In this document: in pieces, positions 28,268 to 40,400 of the stretch
Numbering within the stretch: the stretch's first letter is position 1
Layout: each line of letters begins with the position of its first letter
Assembly: GCA_036676665.1 (NCBI GenBank)
Contig: JAKFCL010000092.1
Span: forward strand, 6,521 to 70,520
Length of the DNA: 64,000 nucleotides
Source: Arenimonas sp.
GTDB taxonomy: Bacteria > Pseudomonadota > Gammaproteobacteria > Xanthomonadales > Xanthomonadaceae
Direction: 5' to 3'
The notes under the pieces: model-generated
Databases searched by the model: none
Seen by the model: the letters and a program-made list of their open reading frames with translations, nothing else
Told to the model about the DNA's origin: nothing
Program-made: the position numbers and the translations under genes

Positions 28268-30211
28268 ATGCTCCAGCAAATCCGTGACAAGTCTTCCGGC
28301 TGGGTTGCCTTCGTCATCCTCGGCCTGGTCATCATCGCGATGGCCTTCTTCGGCATCGAGTCGTATTTCCAGCAGAAGGTGGAAACCTTCTCGGCCCGCA
28401 TCGAGGGTCCGGCGAAGTTCCTCGGCTGGGGCGGCCAGAAGGTCGACATCTCGCAGAACCAGTTCAGTGCCCGCTTCGAGCAGGTGCGCATGCAGGAACG
28501 GCAGCGCCAGGGCGACGCGTTCGACAGCGCCGCCTTCGAGTCCGTCGACAACAAGCGCCTGGTCCTGGAAGGGCTGGTGGACGAGGAGATCCTCGCCCTG
28601 GTCGCCGAACGCGACGGCATCACCGTCAGCGAAGCCGAAGTGGCCGAACAGCTGAAGTCGATGACGCAGTTCCAGGTCAATGGCGTTTACGACGCCGACC
28701 AGTACCGCCTGCACCTGGCGACCCAGCGGCTGACGCACGCCCAGTTCATGGCGAACATGCGCGCCGACATGGCCAGCCGTGCGCTGCCGACGGAAATCAT
28801 CGAAACCGCGATCGCCGGCAAGGCGGAACTGGAGTCGTTCCTGGCGCTGAGCCAGCAGACGCGCGACGTGCAGCTGATCGACCTGCCGGTGCCGTCCGTT
28901 TCCGGCGATGCGCCGACGGAGGCCGAGCTCAAGAAGTGGTACGACGAGAACACCGCCTCGTACCGCACGCCGGAGCAGGTCGCGATCGAATACGTCGAGA
29001 TCGACGCGTCGACGCTGCCGCCGCCGACGGCGCCGGACGAGGCGACGCTGCGCGAGCGTTATGCCGAACAGCGGGCGCGTTTCGTCACCGAGCCCAAGCG
29101 TTCCGCGGCGCACATCCTGGTGGCGCTGCCGGCCGATGCCGACGCGGCCGCCGAAGAAGCGGCCCGCGCCCGCGCGATGGTCCTCGCCACGGAGGCGCGC
29201 GCGCCGGGTGCGGATTTCGCGGCGATCGCCCGCGAGAAGTCCGAGGACCTGGGCTCCCGCGCCGATGGCGGCGACCTGGGCCTCGTCGAAGCGGGCGCGC
29301 TGGATCCGGCGTTCGAGAAGGCGCTGTTCGCGATGACGCAGGCAGGCCAGGTCAGCGACCCGGTGCGGACCGCGGCGGGCTGGCATGTGATCCAGCTGCG
29401 CGAGCTCGTCGCCGGCAGCGGGCGCTCGTTCGAGGAAGTGCGCGCCGAGCTCGAAACCCAGTACCTGGACACCGAACGCGAACGTGTGTTCAGCGAACGC
29501 GCCGGCAAGCTGCTCGAGCTCATCTACCGCACGCCGACGGCGCTGGAGCCGGCCGCGAAGGCGCTCGACCTGCCCGTGCAGAAGACGGGCCTGTTCACCC
29601 GCAACGGTGGCGACGGCATCGCGGCGATCGACGACGTCCGCCGCGCCGCGTTCAGCGACAACCAGCGCCTCGAACGCCAGGTCAGCGATACCCTGGAGAT
29701 CGGTCCGGGCCACGTGGTGGCCATCCACGTGATCGAGCACCAGCCCGAGGCGGTGCAGCCGTTCGAAAAGGTGCGCGACCGCGTACTCGCCGACGTCAGC
29801 GCCGACCGGCTGTCGAAGGCGTCCCAGGCCCAGGCCGAAGCGCTGCTGGCGCGTGTGCAGAAGGGCGAAACGCTGGATGCGCTGGCGACCGAAGTCGGCC
29901 GCACCGTCGCCACGCTGCCGGCGATCGGCCGCCAGGCGCAGCTGCCTCCGGCCCTGGTGCAGGCGGTGTTCGCCACCCCGGCGGCCAGCGAGGGCGCGCC
30001 GGCCGTCGGCATCGCCCGTGTCGGACCGGACCGCCATGTGCTGTTCCAGGTCACCGCGGTGAACGCCGGCGACCTGTCGGCACTCGACGACGCCACCCGC
30101 GACACCCTCGTCGAACAACTGGCGCGCGCACGCGGCATGGTCGAGTTCGAGGACTACATGAAGTCCCTGCGGTCCGGCTACACCATCACGATCGCCGAAG
30201 ACCGCCTGTAA
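28268..30211 (+). CDS. ppiD: Periplasmic chaperone/PPIase PpiD
   Basis: N-terminal TM, SurA-like domain, parvulin motif (AHIL, SEDLGS..GGDLG, GWHVI). Position after hup. Confidence 0.9.
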   Translation: MLQQIRDKSSGWVAFVILGLVIIAMAFFGIESYFQQKVETFSARIEGPAKFLGWGGQKVDISQNQFSARFEQVRMQERQRQGDAFDSAAFESVDNKRLVLEGLVDEEILALVAERDGITVSEAEVAEQLKSMTQFQVNGVYDADQYRLHLATQRLTHAQFMANMRADMASRALPTEIIETAIAGKAELESFLALSQQTRDVQLIDLPVPSVSGDAPTEAELKKWYDENTASYRTPEQVAIEYVEIDASTLPPPTAPDEATLRERYAEQRARFVTEPKRSAAHILVALPADADAAAEEAARARAMVLATEARAPGADFAAIAREKSEDLGSRADGGDLGLVEAGALDPAFEKALFAMTQAGQVSDPVRTAAGWHVIQLRELVAGSGRSFEEVRAELETQYLDTERERVFSERAGKLLELIYRTPTALEPAAKALDLPVQKTGLFTRNGGDGIAAIDDVRRAAFSDNQRLERQVSDTLEIGPGHVVAIHVIEHQPEAVQPFEKVRDRVLADVSADRLSKASQAQAEALLARVQKGETLDALATEVGRTVATLPAIGRQAQLPPALVQAVFATPAASEGAPAVGIARVGPDRHVLFQVTAVNAGDLSALDDATRDTLVEQLARARGMVEFEDYMKSLRSGYTITIAEDRL

Positions 30212-30232
30212 GCCGCGCACGGCCCGAAACGG

Positions 30233-30266
30233 AAAAGGCCCGGGAGATTCCCGGGCCTTTTTCTTT
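30233..30266. terminator. Bidirectional terminator between ppiD and fabI
   Basis: AAAAGGCCCGGGA-GAT-TCCCGGGCCTTTT. Confidence 0.8.
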
Positions 30267-30286
30267 CGTGCCGCACGCGCCGGGGT

Positions 30287-31084
30287 TCAGACGCCCTCGA
30301 TCCCCGTCATGCCCAGGATGTTGTAACCGGCGTCGACGTAGGTGATCTCGCCGGTGACGCCGGCCGCCAGGTCGGAACACAGGAAGGCGGCGACGTTGCC
30401 GACGTCCTCGATCGTGACGCTGCGACGCAGCGGCGCGTATTCCTCGACATGGCCGAGCATCTTGCGGAAATTGGCGATGCCGGCGGCAGCCAGCGTCTTG
30501 ATCGGGCCGGCCGAGATCGCGTTGACGCGCGTCCCCTCCGGTCCGAGGTTCAACGCCAGGTAGCGCACGTTGGCCTCGAGGCTGGCCTTGGCCACGCCCA
30601 TGACGTTGTAGTTCACCAGCGCGCGTTCGGCGCCCAGGTAGCTGAGCGTCAGGATGCTGCCGTTGCGGCCCTTCATCATCGGCCGCGCCGCCTTCGCCAG
30701 CGCCGCCAGCGAGTAGCTGGAGATGTCATGGGCGATGCGGAAGTTTTCCCGGGTCAGGCCCTGCAGGTACTCGCCCTCGATCGCCTCGCGGGGCGCGAAG
30801 CCCACCGAGTGCACCAGGATGTCGAAACCGTCCCAGCGCTTGCCCAGTTCGGCAAACACGTTGTCGATCTGCGCGTCGTCGGCCACGTCCAGCGGCAGCA
30901 CGATGTCCGAGTTGCACGATTTCGCCTCGTCCTCGACGCGCGACTTCAGCTTCTCGGTCTGGTACGTGAACGCGAGTTCCGCGCCCTCGCGATGCATCGC
31001 CTCGGCGATGCCGGTGGCGATCGAGCGCTGGCTGGCGACGCCGACGATCAGCGCGCGCTTGCCGGAAAGGAATCCCATTGCCAT
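30287..31084 (-). CDS. fabI: Enoyl-ACP reductase FabI
   Basis: [26 protein letters not shown]. Confidence 0.95.
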   Translation of the reverse strand: MAMGFLSGKRALIVGVASQRSIATGIAEAMHREGAELAFTYQTEKLKSRVEDEAKSCNSDIVLPLDVADDAQIDNVFAELGKRWDGFDILVHSVGFAPREAIEGEYLQGLTRENFRIAHDISSYSLAALAKAARPMMKGRNGSILTLSYLGAERALVNYNVMGVAKASLEANVRYLALNLGPEGTRVNAISAGPIKTLAAAGIANFRKMLGHVEEYAPLRRSVTIEDVGNVAAFLCSDLAAGVTGEITYVDAGYNILGMTGIEGV

Positions 31085-31161
31085 TCTCCCGAAGCCGCCA
31101 TCGGCGGCGAAAGGACGCTAGTTTGACCCGCAGGGGCCCATACCGCCAAGCATGGGCGCGC

Positions 31162-32364
31162 TCACGGGTCCAGGCGGATCGTCTGGCCGATGCGCAGGAC
31201 CGCGCGGCGGTCGAGGCGGTTGATCCGGAACAGGTCGGCCAGCGGCACGCCATAGCGGTGTGCGATCCGCGACAGCGTGTCGCCAGGGACGACCCGGTGC
31301 GTGCGGCCGTCGGCGCTGTCCCCGTCGGGAGCCGGAACCCCGGCCGGCGCCGGCGTCTGCCGCACGATCGACAACGCCGTCAGCGACGTCATCGGCGCCA
31401 GCACGTGGCGGGGCGCGCCGGCGACGATGCGGCCCTGCCGGTAGGCCGGGTTGAGCTCGCGCAGGCGCGTGGCGTCGGTACCCAGCGCCGCGGCCGCCTG
31501 GTCGAGGCTCTGCAGGCCGGCCGGCACCTCGATGCGCACCAGCGGCAGGAAGTGCACGTCGCGCGGCAGCGTCAGTCCGTGCCGCCCGGGTTTGGCGAAC
31601 AGGCAGGCCAGCGCATGCAGCTTCGCGACGTAGTCGTAGGACACGTTCGACAGTCCGCGCGGCAGCCGGTGTTCACCCGACACGCGGCGGTCGTCGCTGC
31701 CGGCGAACGCACGGATGATGCGGTATTCGCCGGCGTTGTAGCCCATCGCCGTCGCACGCCATTCCTTGTCGAACATGGCCGCCACCGTCTGCAGGTAACT
31801 CAGCGCGGCTTCGGTCGACTCCACCGGCGACAACCGGCCGTCGTAACCGTCCTGGATCCGGATGCCGTGGTTGCGCGCCGTGCTGGCGATCATCTGCCAC
31901 ATGCCCGCCGGGCCGCCCGGGCCGATCGCCGCGGGCCGGTACCAGCTCTCGACGATCGGGATCAGCACGAATTCGCCCGGCAGGTCCTTGCGTTCGACCT
32001 CCTCGAGCACGTACGCCATCAGCGGCAGGATGCCCTCGACATGCCGCGCGAAACTCGCCGGGTGGCCGGCATAACGACGGCGCCAGGCGCGGTTCTTGTC
32101 GCCCTTGACGCAGATTGGCGACGAGAAGCGCGCCGTCATCCGGTCGAAGACTTCCGCACCGGTATCCACCGGATCGGGGGCCGCCGGCGGCGGCGGTTCC
32201 GGAACCGCGTCGATCGGCGGCACCACGGGAGCCGGGGTGATGGTCACCACGGTCGCCGGCTCGGGCGGATCGTCGCGATCGGGGCGCACCGGCGCCTGGC
32301 AGGCCGCCAGCAGCAGCACGAGCAGCGCCGTCAGCGGCAGGGTGGCGCGGGTGGGGGTCGTCAC
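31162..32364 (-). CDS. mltD: Membrane-bound lytic transglycosylase D-like lipoprotein (SLT + LysM)
   Basis: Lipobox LAAC, IVES catalytic Glu, GMWQM, YNAGE, C-terminal LysM. GTGA overlap with gloB. Confidence 0.85.
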   Translation of the reverse strand: MTTPTRATLPLTALLVLLLAACQAPVRPDRDDPPEPATVVTITPAPVVPPIDAVPEPPPPAAPDPVDTGAEVFDRMTARFSSPICVKGDKNRAWRRRYAGHPASFARHVEGILPLMAYVLEEVERKDLPGEFVLIPIVESWYRPAAIGPGGPAGMWQMIASTARNHGIRIQDGYDGRLSPVESTEAALSYLQTVAAMFDKEWRATAMGYNAGEYRIIRAFAGSDDRRVSGEHRLPRGLSNVSYDYVAKLHALACLFAKPGRHGLTLPRDVHFLPLVRIEVPAGLQSLDQAAAALGTDATRLRELNPAYRQGRIVAGAPRHVLAPMTSLTALSIVRQTPAPAGVPAPDGDSADGRTHRVVPGDTLSRIAHRYGVPLADLFRINRLDRRAVLRIGQTIRLDP

Positions 32365-33128
32365 CTGAAGTCGTCCTTCCATTGGCGCAGCGTCGCGAAC
32401 GCCTCGACGCGGTCGCGGGCGGGTCGGCCCAGCCGCTCGTCGAGCCGCCGTCGCAGCGCGGGTTGATCGATGCGCAGGAACGGATTGCAGTCGCGTTCGC
32501 TGGCGAGGGTGCTGGGCAGGCTCGGCCTGCCTTCCGCGCGCAATGCCGCGACCTCCTGCAGGCGGCGGTCGCGGGCCGGATTGTCGGGCTCGGCGGCGCA
32601 GGCGAAGCGGCCGTTGGCCTGGGTGTATTCGTGGCCGCAGTACACACCGGTGTCGCCCGGCAACGCCGCCAGCCGGTCCAGCGAGGCGAGCATCTGCGCC
32701 GGCGAACCCTCGAACAGGCGCCCGCAGCCGAGACTGAAAAGCGTGTCGCCGCAGAACAGGTGGCCATCCCCGTGGAAGGCGATATGCGACCTCGTATGGC
32801 CGGGGATCGCCATCACCGAAAGCACCAGCCCCAGCGGCTCGATCGCCACGTGGTCGCCTTCGCCGACCGCCCGCACCGGCGCATCGATGCGCTCATCGTC
32901 CGGCCCATGGCAGGGAATGCCGAAATGGTCCGCCAGCTGGCGGGCGCCACCCACGTGGTCGGGGTGGTGGTGGGTCAGCAGGATCGCGACAGGGTCGAGA
33001 CCTTCGGCCGCCGCCTTCAGCACCGGTCCGGATTCGCCGGGGTCGACGACGACCGACGCGCCCGAGGCCGTGGCCAGCAGCCAGATGTAGTTGTCCTGGA
33101 AGGCGGGCAGGGGAATCGCACGCAGCAC
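32361..33128 (-). CDS. gloB: Hydroxyacylglutathione hydrolase (glyoxalase II)
   Basis: [32 protein letters not shown]. Confidence 0.93.
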   Translation of the reverse strand: MLRAIPLPAFQDNYIWLLATASGASVVVDPGESGPVLKAAAEGLDPVAILLTHHHPDHVGGARQLADHFGIPCHGPDDERIDAPVRAVGEGDHVAIEPLGLVLSVMAIPGHTRSHIAFHGDGHLFCGDTLFSLGCGRLFEGSPAQMLASLDRLAALPGDTGVYCGHEYTQANGRFACAAEPDNPARDRRLQEVAALRAEGRPSLPSTLASERDCNPFLRIDQPALRRRLDERLGRPARDRVEAFATLRQWKDDFR

Positions 33129-33168
33129 GGGATGACCTGGGGCGCGCTTATGACGCAGAATCGCGACC

Positions 33169-33861
33169 ATGCCCCCGGCTTCCCCCCGACGTCAACCCGA
33201 CCGCTCCGCCGACGCCTGGTTCCGCCGCGAAACCACCTTGCGGATGGTGCACGAGGTCCAGCGCCAGGCCGTGCCCGAGCTCACGCGGGTCTTCGGCCAC
33301 AGCGGGCTGTACCTGCGTCCCTGCGCCGCGGTGCCGGCCGTGCTGTCGGGCAACCTGCTGGCGGGTGTCGTCAGCCTCGCCCGCGAGGGAGACCTGTTCG
33401 TCGGCGACCTCACCTGTCGCGACGATGGCCTGCCGATCGCCAGCGGCAGCCTGTCGCTGGTCTATGCGCTGTTCGTGTTCGAGACGTCGCCGGCGCCGGC
33501 GGCCCTGCTGGCGGAAGTGGTGCGGGTGCTCAAGCCCGAGGGCATCGCGTTGTTCCTGACCCTCAATCCCTGGGGGCTGGCGCGGCTGCGCTGGGCCTTT
33601 CGCGGGCTGTCCTGCGCCGATCCGGCCGAGTTCGCGAAGCAGGTGCGCGAGGCCGGGCTGGAAGTCCAGCGCAGCCGGTACGTGGGCCCGGTATGGTCGC
33701 CGCCGGACGCGGTGGACCTCGCCCTGCGTCCGGGCGACGGCCCGGGCGCGCAGCTGCGCATGGCGAACCTGATCGTCGCGCGCCGGCGCGACCCCGGCGT
33801 CACCCCTTTGCGCGTCGGCTCGCCGGCGCTGAATTTCCGACCCGGCATGAGTGCCGGATGA
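33169..33861 (+). CDS. YafS-like class I SAM-methyltransferase-fold protein
   Basis: Conserved position between gloB and rnhA. '[11 protein letters not shown]...[10 protein letters not shown]'. Confidence 0.7.
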   Translation: MPPASPRRQPDRSADAWFRRETTLRMVHEVQRQAVPELTRVFGHSGLYLRPCAAVPAVLSGNLLAGVVSLAREGDLFVGDLTCRDDGLPIASGSLSLVYALFVFETSPAPAALLAEVVRVLKPEGIALFLTLNPWGLARLRWAFRGLSCADPAEFAKQVREAGLEVQRSRYVGPVWSPPDAVDLALRPGDGPGAQLRMANLIVARRRDPGVTPLRVGSPALNFRPGMSAG

Positions 33862-34322
33862 GCACACACGGCATGGAAGCGAATCTGAAGATGGTGCACA
33901 TACATACCGACGGCGCCTGCCTGGGCAATCCGGGCCCGGGAGGCTGGGCCGCCCTGCTCGTGCACGGCGGCACCGAACGCGAACTGGCAGGCGGCGAAGC
34001 GCAGACCACCAACAACCGCATGGAACTGCTGGCGGCGATCATGGCGCTCGAGGCGCTCAAGTCCCCCTGCCAGGTCGTGCTCTCGACCGACTCGCAATAC
34101 GTGCAGAAGGGCATCGGCGAATGGCTGCCCAACTGGATCCGCCGCGGCTGGAAGACCGCCGCCGGCGAACCGGTGAAGAACCAGGACCTGTGGCAGCGCC
34201 TGCAGGCCGCCGCCGCCCCGCACCGCGTGCAGTGGAAATGGGTCAAGGGCCACGCCGGCCATGTCGAGAACGAGCGCGTCGACAAGCTCGCCCGGGCGGA
34301 AGCCGAAAGGTTGCGCGCGTGA
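33858..34322 (+). CDS. rnhA: Ribonuclease HI
   Basis: [34 protein letters not shown]. Start could be 33858, 33873 or 33891. Confidence 0.95.
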   Translation: MSTHGMEANLKMVHIHTDGACLGNPGPGGWAALLVHGGTERELAGGEAQTTNNRMELLAAIMALEALKSPCQVVLSTDSQYVQKGIGEWLPNWIRRGWKTAAGEPVKNQDLWQRLQAAAAPHRVQWKWVKGHAGHVENERVDKLARAEAERLRA

Positions 34323-35041
34323 TCCGCCAGGTCATCCTCGACACCGAGACCACCGGCCTGTCGTGGGAGAAGGGCAATCGGATCGTCGAGGTCGGCTGCC
34401 TGGAACTCGTGGCGCGGCGTCCGACCGGCCGGCACTTCCACCGCTACTTCAACCCGGGCCGGGAGATGGAACCGGGGGCGCAGGAAGTGACCGGGCTGAC
34501 CCTGGATTTCCTGCAGGACAAGCCTCTGTTCGCGAGCGCCGTCGACGAACTGCTGGAATTCATCGCCGGCGCCGAGCTGATCATCCACAACGCCAGCTTC
34601 GACGTCGGGTTCCTTAACTACGAACTGTCGCTGGCCGGGGCCGCTCACGGCCGCATCGAGGACCACGCGAGCGTGCTCGACACGCTGGCGATGGCGCGCG
34701 AGCGCTGGCCGGGCCAGCGCAACTCGCTCGACGCGCTGTGCAAGCGCCTGGGTGTCGACAACGGGCACCGCAAGCTGCACGGCGCCCTTCTGGACGCCGA
34801 ACTGCTGGCCGAGGTGTACCTGGGAATGACGTCGGGCCAGGGCGACCTCGGGCTGGCACCGCTGGGCGAGACCGCCGCCGCCGTGCGGCTGGACATCGCG
34901 CCGGTGCACGGCATCCGCCGGGTGCTGCGCGCCGACGCCGGCGAACGGGCCGCGCACGAAGCGCGCATGCAGCGCATCGCCGCCCGTGCCGGCACCCGCC
35001 TGTGGCCGGAAGACGCCGCCGTGCCCGAACCGGCCGGCTGA
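34319..35041 (+). CDS. dnaQ: DNA polymerase III epsilon subunit
   Basis: LDTETTG, HNASFD, HGALLDA. GTGA overlap with rnhA. Confidence 0.95.
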   Translation: MIRQVILDTETTGLSWEKGNRIVEVGCLELVARRPTGRHFHRYFNPGREMEPGAQEVTGLTLDFLQDKPLFASAVDELLEFIAGAELIIHNASFDVGFLNYELSLAGAAHGRIEDHASVLDTLAMARERWPGQRNSLDALCKRLGVDNGHRKLHGALLDAELLAEVYLGMTSGQGDLGLAPLGETAAAVRLDIAPVHGIRRVLRADAGERAAHEARMQRIAARAGTRLWPEDAAVPEPAG

Positions 35042-35102
35042 GGCCGCCGCGCGGGCCCGCCGTGGTGGATAATCCGTCTCGACCCCCGGTACCGAGGCCG
35101 AC

Positions 35103-36635
35103 TTGAACGCCACCGTCCTGCTGACTTCGGTCGACATCAACATCCCCGGCTACAAGATCCTCAAGCCGATCGGCGAGGGCGGCATGGCGTCGGTGTTCCT
35201 GGCCGTGCAGGAATCGTTGGAGCGCGAGGTCGCGTTGAAGGTGATGTCGCCGATGCTGGCGGCCAACAGCGAATTCGCCAGCCGCTTCCTGGTCGAGGGC
35301 AAGATCACCGCGAAGCTGCAGCACCCGAACCTGGTGACGGTGTACGACATCGGCAGCCACGCCGGCGTCTATTACCTGGCGGCCGAATACATCCCGGGCG
35401 GCACGCTGAAGGAACGCATCGCCGAGGGCGGCCTGAGCGTCGGCCACATCCTCGACATCGTCACCGACATCGCCCAGGGCCTGGACTTCGCCCACGAGAA
35501 GGGGTTCGTGCACCGCGACGTCAAGCCCGGCAACGTGCTGTTCCGCAACGACGGCCGCGTGGTGCTGGCCGACTTCGGCATCGCCAAGGCGATGGACGGC
35601 AGCAACAGTTCCACCGTCGCCGGCGCCTCGATCGGTACGCCCGACTACATGAGCCCCGAGCAGGCCCGCGGCGAGCCGGTGGATGGCCGCTCCGACCTCT
35701 ACAGCCTCGGCACGGTGCTGTTCGAGATGCTCGAGGGGCATCCGCCGTACCAGTCCGGTGACCCGTTCACCGTCGCACTGATGCATGTGACGCACCCGGT
35801 GCCCGAACTGTCCGAGCAGTACGCGTGGCTGCAGCCGCTGATCGGCGGCCTGATGGCCAAGCAGGCGGCGGAACGCTACAACAACGGCGCGGCCTTCATC
35901 GATGCGCTCAACAAGCTGGTCGCCAGCGCGCCCCAGGGCGCCGTGATGCAGGAGACCAGCCAGCGCAAGGGCGGCGGGCGCATTTCCACCGGCTCGGCCA
36001 CGCAGCAGCGCACCCGCATCAGCGAGCGCGACAAGCGCCGCGGCGGGCGACCGGCCTGGCTGTGGCCCGCGGTCGGCGCGGCGGGGCTGTTCGGCGTGGC
36101 GCTGGTGGCCTGGAGCCTGATGTCGCCGGATCCGCCACCGGCCGAAACCAGCGAACCGGCCGCGGCGCCGATCACGGTCGCCCCGCCGGCGGGCTCGACC
36201 GGCGCGGACGATGCGCCGGTGCCGGAAGGTTTCGAGGTGCCCAAGCCGATCGACGCCTCGGTGTCGGACGAGGTCGAGCGTGCCCTCAACGCCGGCGACC
36301 AGCTGCTTGAATACGCGCTCGCCGACGGTCCCGACTACGGCCGCAAGCTCGATTATCCCGACGACGACAGTGCGCTGGGGTATTACCGCCGCGCGCTCGC
36401 GCTGGACCCGGACAATGCCCGGGCCAAGGCCGGCATCGCCGACATCGTCGCGTTCTACCGCCGCAATGCCTACCAGGCGTGCGAGCGCGGCAGCTGGGTG
36501 CCCTGCGGCTTCCTGGTGCGCAAGGGGCTGGCGGTCGATGCCGGCGACGAATACCTGCTGCAGCTGCGCGACGCGGCGGTGGCGGGCGAGGGCGGCGGTT
36601 CGCCGACGCTGCCGGCCGCGCCCCCTCCCGGCTGA
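35103..36635 (+). CDS. Membrane-anchored Hanks-type Ser/Thr protein kinase
   Basis: GEGGMASV, VALK, HRDVKPGN, DFG, GTPDYMSPE. TM helix at about 36055-36120, then a TPR-like extracytoplasmic domain. Confidence 0.92.
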   Translation: MNATVLLTSVDINIPGYKILKPIGEGGMASVFLAVQESLEREVALKVMSPMLAANSEFASRFLVEGKITAKLQHPNLVTVYDIGSHAGVYYLAAEYIPGGTLKERIAEGGLSVGHILDIVTDIAQGLDFAHEKGFVHRDVKPGNVLFRNDGRVVLADFGIAKAMDGSNSSTVAGASIGTPDYMSPEQARGEPVDGRSDLYSLGTVLFEMLEGHPPYQSGDPFTVALMHVTHPVPELSEQYAWLQPLIGGLMAKQAAERYNNGAAFIDALNKLVASAPQGAVMQETSQRKGGGRISTGSATQQRTRISERDKRRGGRPAWLWPAVGAAGLFGVALVAWSLMSPDPPPAETSEPAAAPITVAPPAGSTGADDAPVPEGFEVPKPIDASVSDEVERALNAGDQLLEYALADGPDYGRKLDYPDDDSALGYYRRALALDPDNARAKAGIADIVAFYRRNAYQACERGSWVPCGFLVRKGLAVDAGDEYLLQLRDAAVAGEGGGSPTLPAAPPPG

Positions 36636-36641
36636 CGCGGG

Positions 36642-37343
36642 TCAGGTCCGGCGCAGCAGCAGCACCGTGACGTTGTCGGAGCCGCCGCCATCGAGTGCGG
36701 CCGACACCAGGTGGTCCACGCATTCCTGCGCCGAAAGGTCCGTGCGCCCCAGCAGCGTCCCGATGCTGGCATCGTCCACTTCCTCGGTGAGGCCGTCGCT
36801 GCACAGCAGCAGCTGGTGGCCCGGCTTGAGGTCGCCGGCCAGCGTCTCGACCTTGAGGTTCTGCGGATCGGTGACCCCCAGCGCCTGCGTCACCACGTTG
36901 CGGTGCGGGTGCGCGCGGGCCTGCTCGGCGGTGATCGCGCCCTGGTCGATCAGTTCCTGCACGTAGCTGTGGTCCGACGACAGCTGGCGCAGCTGGTTGT
37001 TCCACAGGTACGCCCGGCTGTCGCCGACCCACGCCAGTTCGAACCGGTTGTCGTGCAGCCGCAGGGCCACCATCGTCGTGCCCATCGGCAGGCTCTCGGC
37101 GCGCTGGCGGCTGTGCTTGATGATGTCCTCGTCGGCGCGCCGGATCGCCTCGCTCAACGTACGCCCGGCGCGCACCTCGCGCACGACCGCGTCCCGGGCC
37201 AGCGCGCTGGCGACCTCGCCGAACTCGTGGCCGCCCATGCCGTCGGCGACGAGCCAAAGGCCGAGTTCGGCATCGCCGAAGTAGGTGTCCTCGTTCAGCT
37301 CGCGGCGCAGGCCGACGTGGCTGAGATGCCCGAATTCAATCAT
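36642..37343 (-). CDS. PP2C-family Ser/Thr phosphatase
   Basis: RELNED, VADGMGGH, VGDSR, LCSDGL, GGSDNVT. Confidence 0.93.
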   Translation of the reverse strand: MIEFGHLSHVGLRRELNEDTYFGDAELGLWLVADGMGGHEFGEVASALARDAVVREVRAGRTLSEAIRRADEDIIKHSRQRAESLPMGTTMVALRLHDNRFELAWVGDSRAYLWNNQLRQLSSDHSYVQELIDQGAITAEQARAHPHRNVVTQALGVTDPQNLKVETLAGDLKPGHQLLLCSDGLTEEVDDASIGTLLGRTDLSAQECVDHLVSAALDGGGSDNVTVLLLRRT

Positions 37344-37481
37344 CGCTCGGCCTGGAAGGTCGGTACGGATACCGGCGGTCGTCAATGCCCCGCATCATGC
37401 GGGGGCCGTCGCCCGGGCCGCAAGCCGGCGCCGGCGCGAAGAGCGCGCCGGGATGCCGGCCGGGGCAGGGCGGGCGCAGGG

Positions 37482-40400
37482 TCAGAACTCCAGGCGCAAT
37501 CCGAGCGCCAGGTTCCACTGGGAATAGCCGTCGCGACCCAGCAGGTGCTCGTAGTACACGAACCCGGACCGCCCCTTCGTGAGCACCATCGACAGGCCGA
37601 GGCCGATGCGGAAGTAGTCGGTGTCCATCTCGTCGCCGCGGACGAAGATGCCGGTTCCGGTCGGATCGTTGAGGAACCGCGCCTCGATCGCCTGCGGGTC
37701 GTCCTTGAACTCGTGCTCCCATTCCAGCTGCAGGTGCGGCATCAGCACGCCCCAGTCGGTGCTGTGGGTGTACGTGAGCTTGCCGCCGATCTGCGTCGCC
37801 AGCGACGTCAGCTCGCGTTCCTCCACCCGCAGGCCCAGGCCGCTGCCCGGCGTCCCGGCCATCAGCTCCTCCTCGATCGCGTCGAAGCCCAGGCGCGTGT
37901 ACAGCAGGCGCGCGTACGGGCCGATGCCGAGGGCGCCGCGATTGAAATCACGGCCGGCCGTGAATGCGGCCGAGAGCAGGTCGCCGCCGGCGTTCGCTCG
38001 GGCGGTCTGGGCGATCGTGCTGGTCCCGCCGCCGGACAGCGGCACGGTGTATTCGATGTGGCGGACCATGTCGTAGTCGTTCCGCCCCATCGTCAGCACG
38101 GCGTCGGCATACCAGCTGTTGGCGGTGTAGTACGTGCCGTACGCCGACAGCGACCAGCCGCTCGTCTCGATGCCGCCCCTTCCGTCGGGCAGGTCGGTGT
38201 CCTGGCGGGTGTAGCCGAAGGCGCCGCCGAAGATCAGGTTGTCGCCCTTGCGGTAGTCGACGCCGGCGGTGATCCCGTTGATGTCGTAGTCGAACGCCGG
38301 GTCGATCCGGCCTTCGTCCGCTTCGCCGCGGCCGATCGTGCCCGACGCGAAGAAACCCCAGCGGCTGAAGTCGGCGCCGATCTCCGCCTCCGCCGCGGCG
38401 GAGGTGGCCGGGCCGGTTTCCTCTTCGGCCGCGAAGGCGCTCGACAGCGTTTCCAGCGAGATCGGGCCCGTCGACGTGTTGATCGCCAGGCCGCCGAAGC
38501 TGGTGCCCTGGGTGCCGCTGCGCAGCGCGGCGATGCGCGTCTTCAGGTTCTGGAACTGCGCCTGCATCGCCAGCATCGCCGCGTTGCCCTGCGCGCGGGC
38601 GACATCGGTCATCAGCTCGTCGATCGCATCGATCGCCGCGGCGGGGTCGATGCCGCCGGCTTCGGTCAGCTCGCGGCAACGCGCCAGCAGGTCGGCCTGC
38701 TCGGGAGTCAGCGTGGCCATCGCCGCCAGCGCCGGGCACAGCGCGTCGATCGCTTCGGCGACCTCGGTCTGCACCGGATCCAGTCCCGCCAGGTTGGCCA
38801 GACCGCCGTTGAGCGCGAACACGGCGGGGGCCGCCGCCAGCGGCGAGGACGCCGTGACGGTGACCTTGCCGGCGGTCGTCGTCGTGACCGAATTGCTGGC
38901 GATGCCGGCGGCATCGGTGACGCTGGTGGCGCTGGCAAGCGTGCCCGTCGACGTCGTCCAGTCGATCGTCGCGCCGGCGACCGGCAGGCCGCCCGCGTCG
39001 GTCAGTTCCACCTGCAGCGGGGCGGAGGCGACGCCGGACTGCAGCGTCTGGCCGTCGCCCGCGGCGATCGTCAGCGTGCCGAGCGCGGTCACGTTGAGGT
39101 TGAACGTGACGCTGACGCCGGGGTCGTCCTGCCGGGTGGCGGTGACGGCGACGGGACCGGCGGTGCTGCCGGCGGTGGCCGTCGCACTGGCGTTGCCCGA
39201 CGCATCGGTGGCGCCGGACGCCGTGACCGTCGCATCGCCGGTCACCGTCCAGGTGATGCCGATGCCGGCCGCGGGGTTGCCGCTGTCTTCGGCCAGCACC
39301 TGCAACGGGAGGGCGAACGCGGATCCGGCCAGGGCCGATTGGCCGTTGCCGCCGGTGATCGCCAGCGTCGCCACCGTGCCCACCGTGGCATCGAAGTTGA
39401 CCTCGACCTCGTCGCCATTGGCGGGAATGCCGTCCGGATCGTACGTCGCGACGATGGCGGCCGTGAACGAGCCGGGAGCCGATGGCGTGAACGAGGCGGT
39501 CGCCTGGCCGCCGGCGTCGGTCGCGCCGCTGCTCGACGCCGGGGCGAACGGCGTCCCCGCGGCCCACTGGATCGTCGCACCGGGCACCGGCGCGCCGCCC
39601 TGGGTCAGTTCCACCGTCACCGGCATCGCCGTGCCGACGGTGCCGGTGGCCGGGTTGGGGGAGACCGCGGTCAGGAGGTAGGGCGCCGCGACCGCGTTGA
39701 GGTTGAAGACAACGAACTGGGCCGGGTCGTCGCTGCGTTCGGCGCGGATCTGGATCGGGCCGGGCGCGCTCGCGGTAATCGCGGCGGTCGAATGGCCGGT
39801 GGGATCGGTCAGCGGCGCGTCATCGACGATCGCGCTGCCCGACACGAGGGTCCAGTTGATCAGCAGGCCGGCGACCGGGGTGCCGCTGTCCTCGGCCAAC
39901 ACGTCCAGCGGAAGCGCGAACGCCGTTCCGGCATTCGCCGTCTGGTTGTCTCCCGACACCAGCGTCAGCGTCCGCACGATGGACACCGTGACGTCGAAAT
40001 GGACGTCGAGCTCGTCGCCGTTGGCGGGGATGCCGTCGGGGTCGTATACCGCCGCCACCGAGGCCGGGAACGTGCCGGCGGCATTCGGCGTCAGCGTCAC
40101 GGACGCCTCGCCATTGGCGTCCGTCAGCACCGGGGGCAGTGGGCCGGCCGGGAACGGCGGGTCCGCCGCGGACCAGACGATGCTCTGCCCGGCCTGCGGC
40201 ACGCCGCCCTGCTCGAGGACGACGGTGAACGTCATCGGCGTGCCGACATCGCCCGCCGCCGGATTCGGAGTCACGGCGGTCAATGTCTTGGCGGCCACCG
40301 CGGTCAGGGTGAAGGTGACGAAGACCGACGGCGCGTCGCTGCGTTCGGCGCGGATCGTGATGGTGCCCGGCGCGGTCGGGGTCACGCTCAGATGCGCTTC

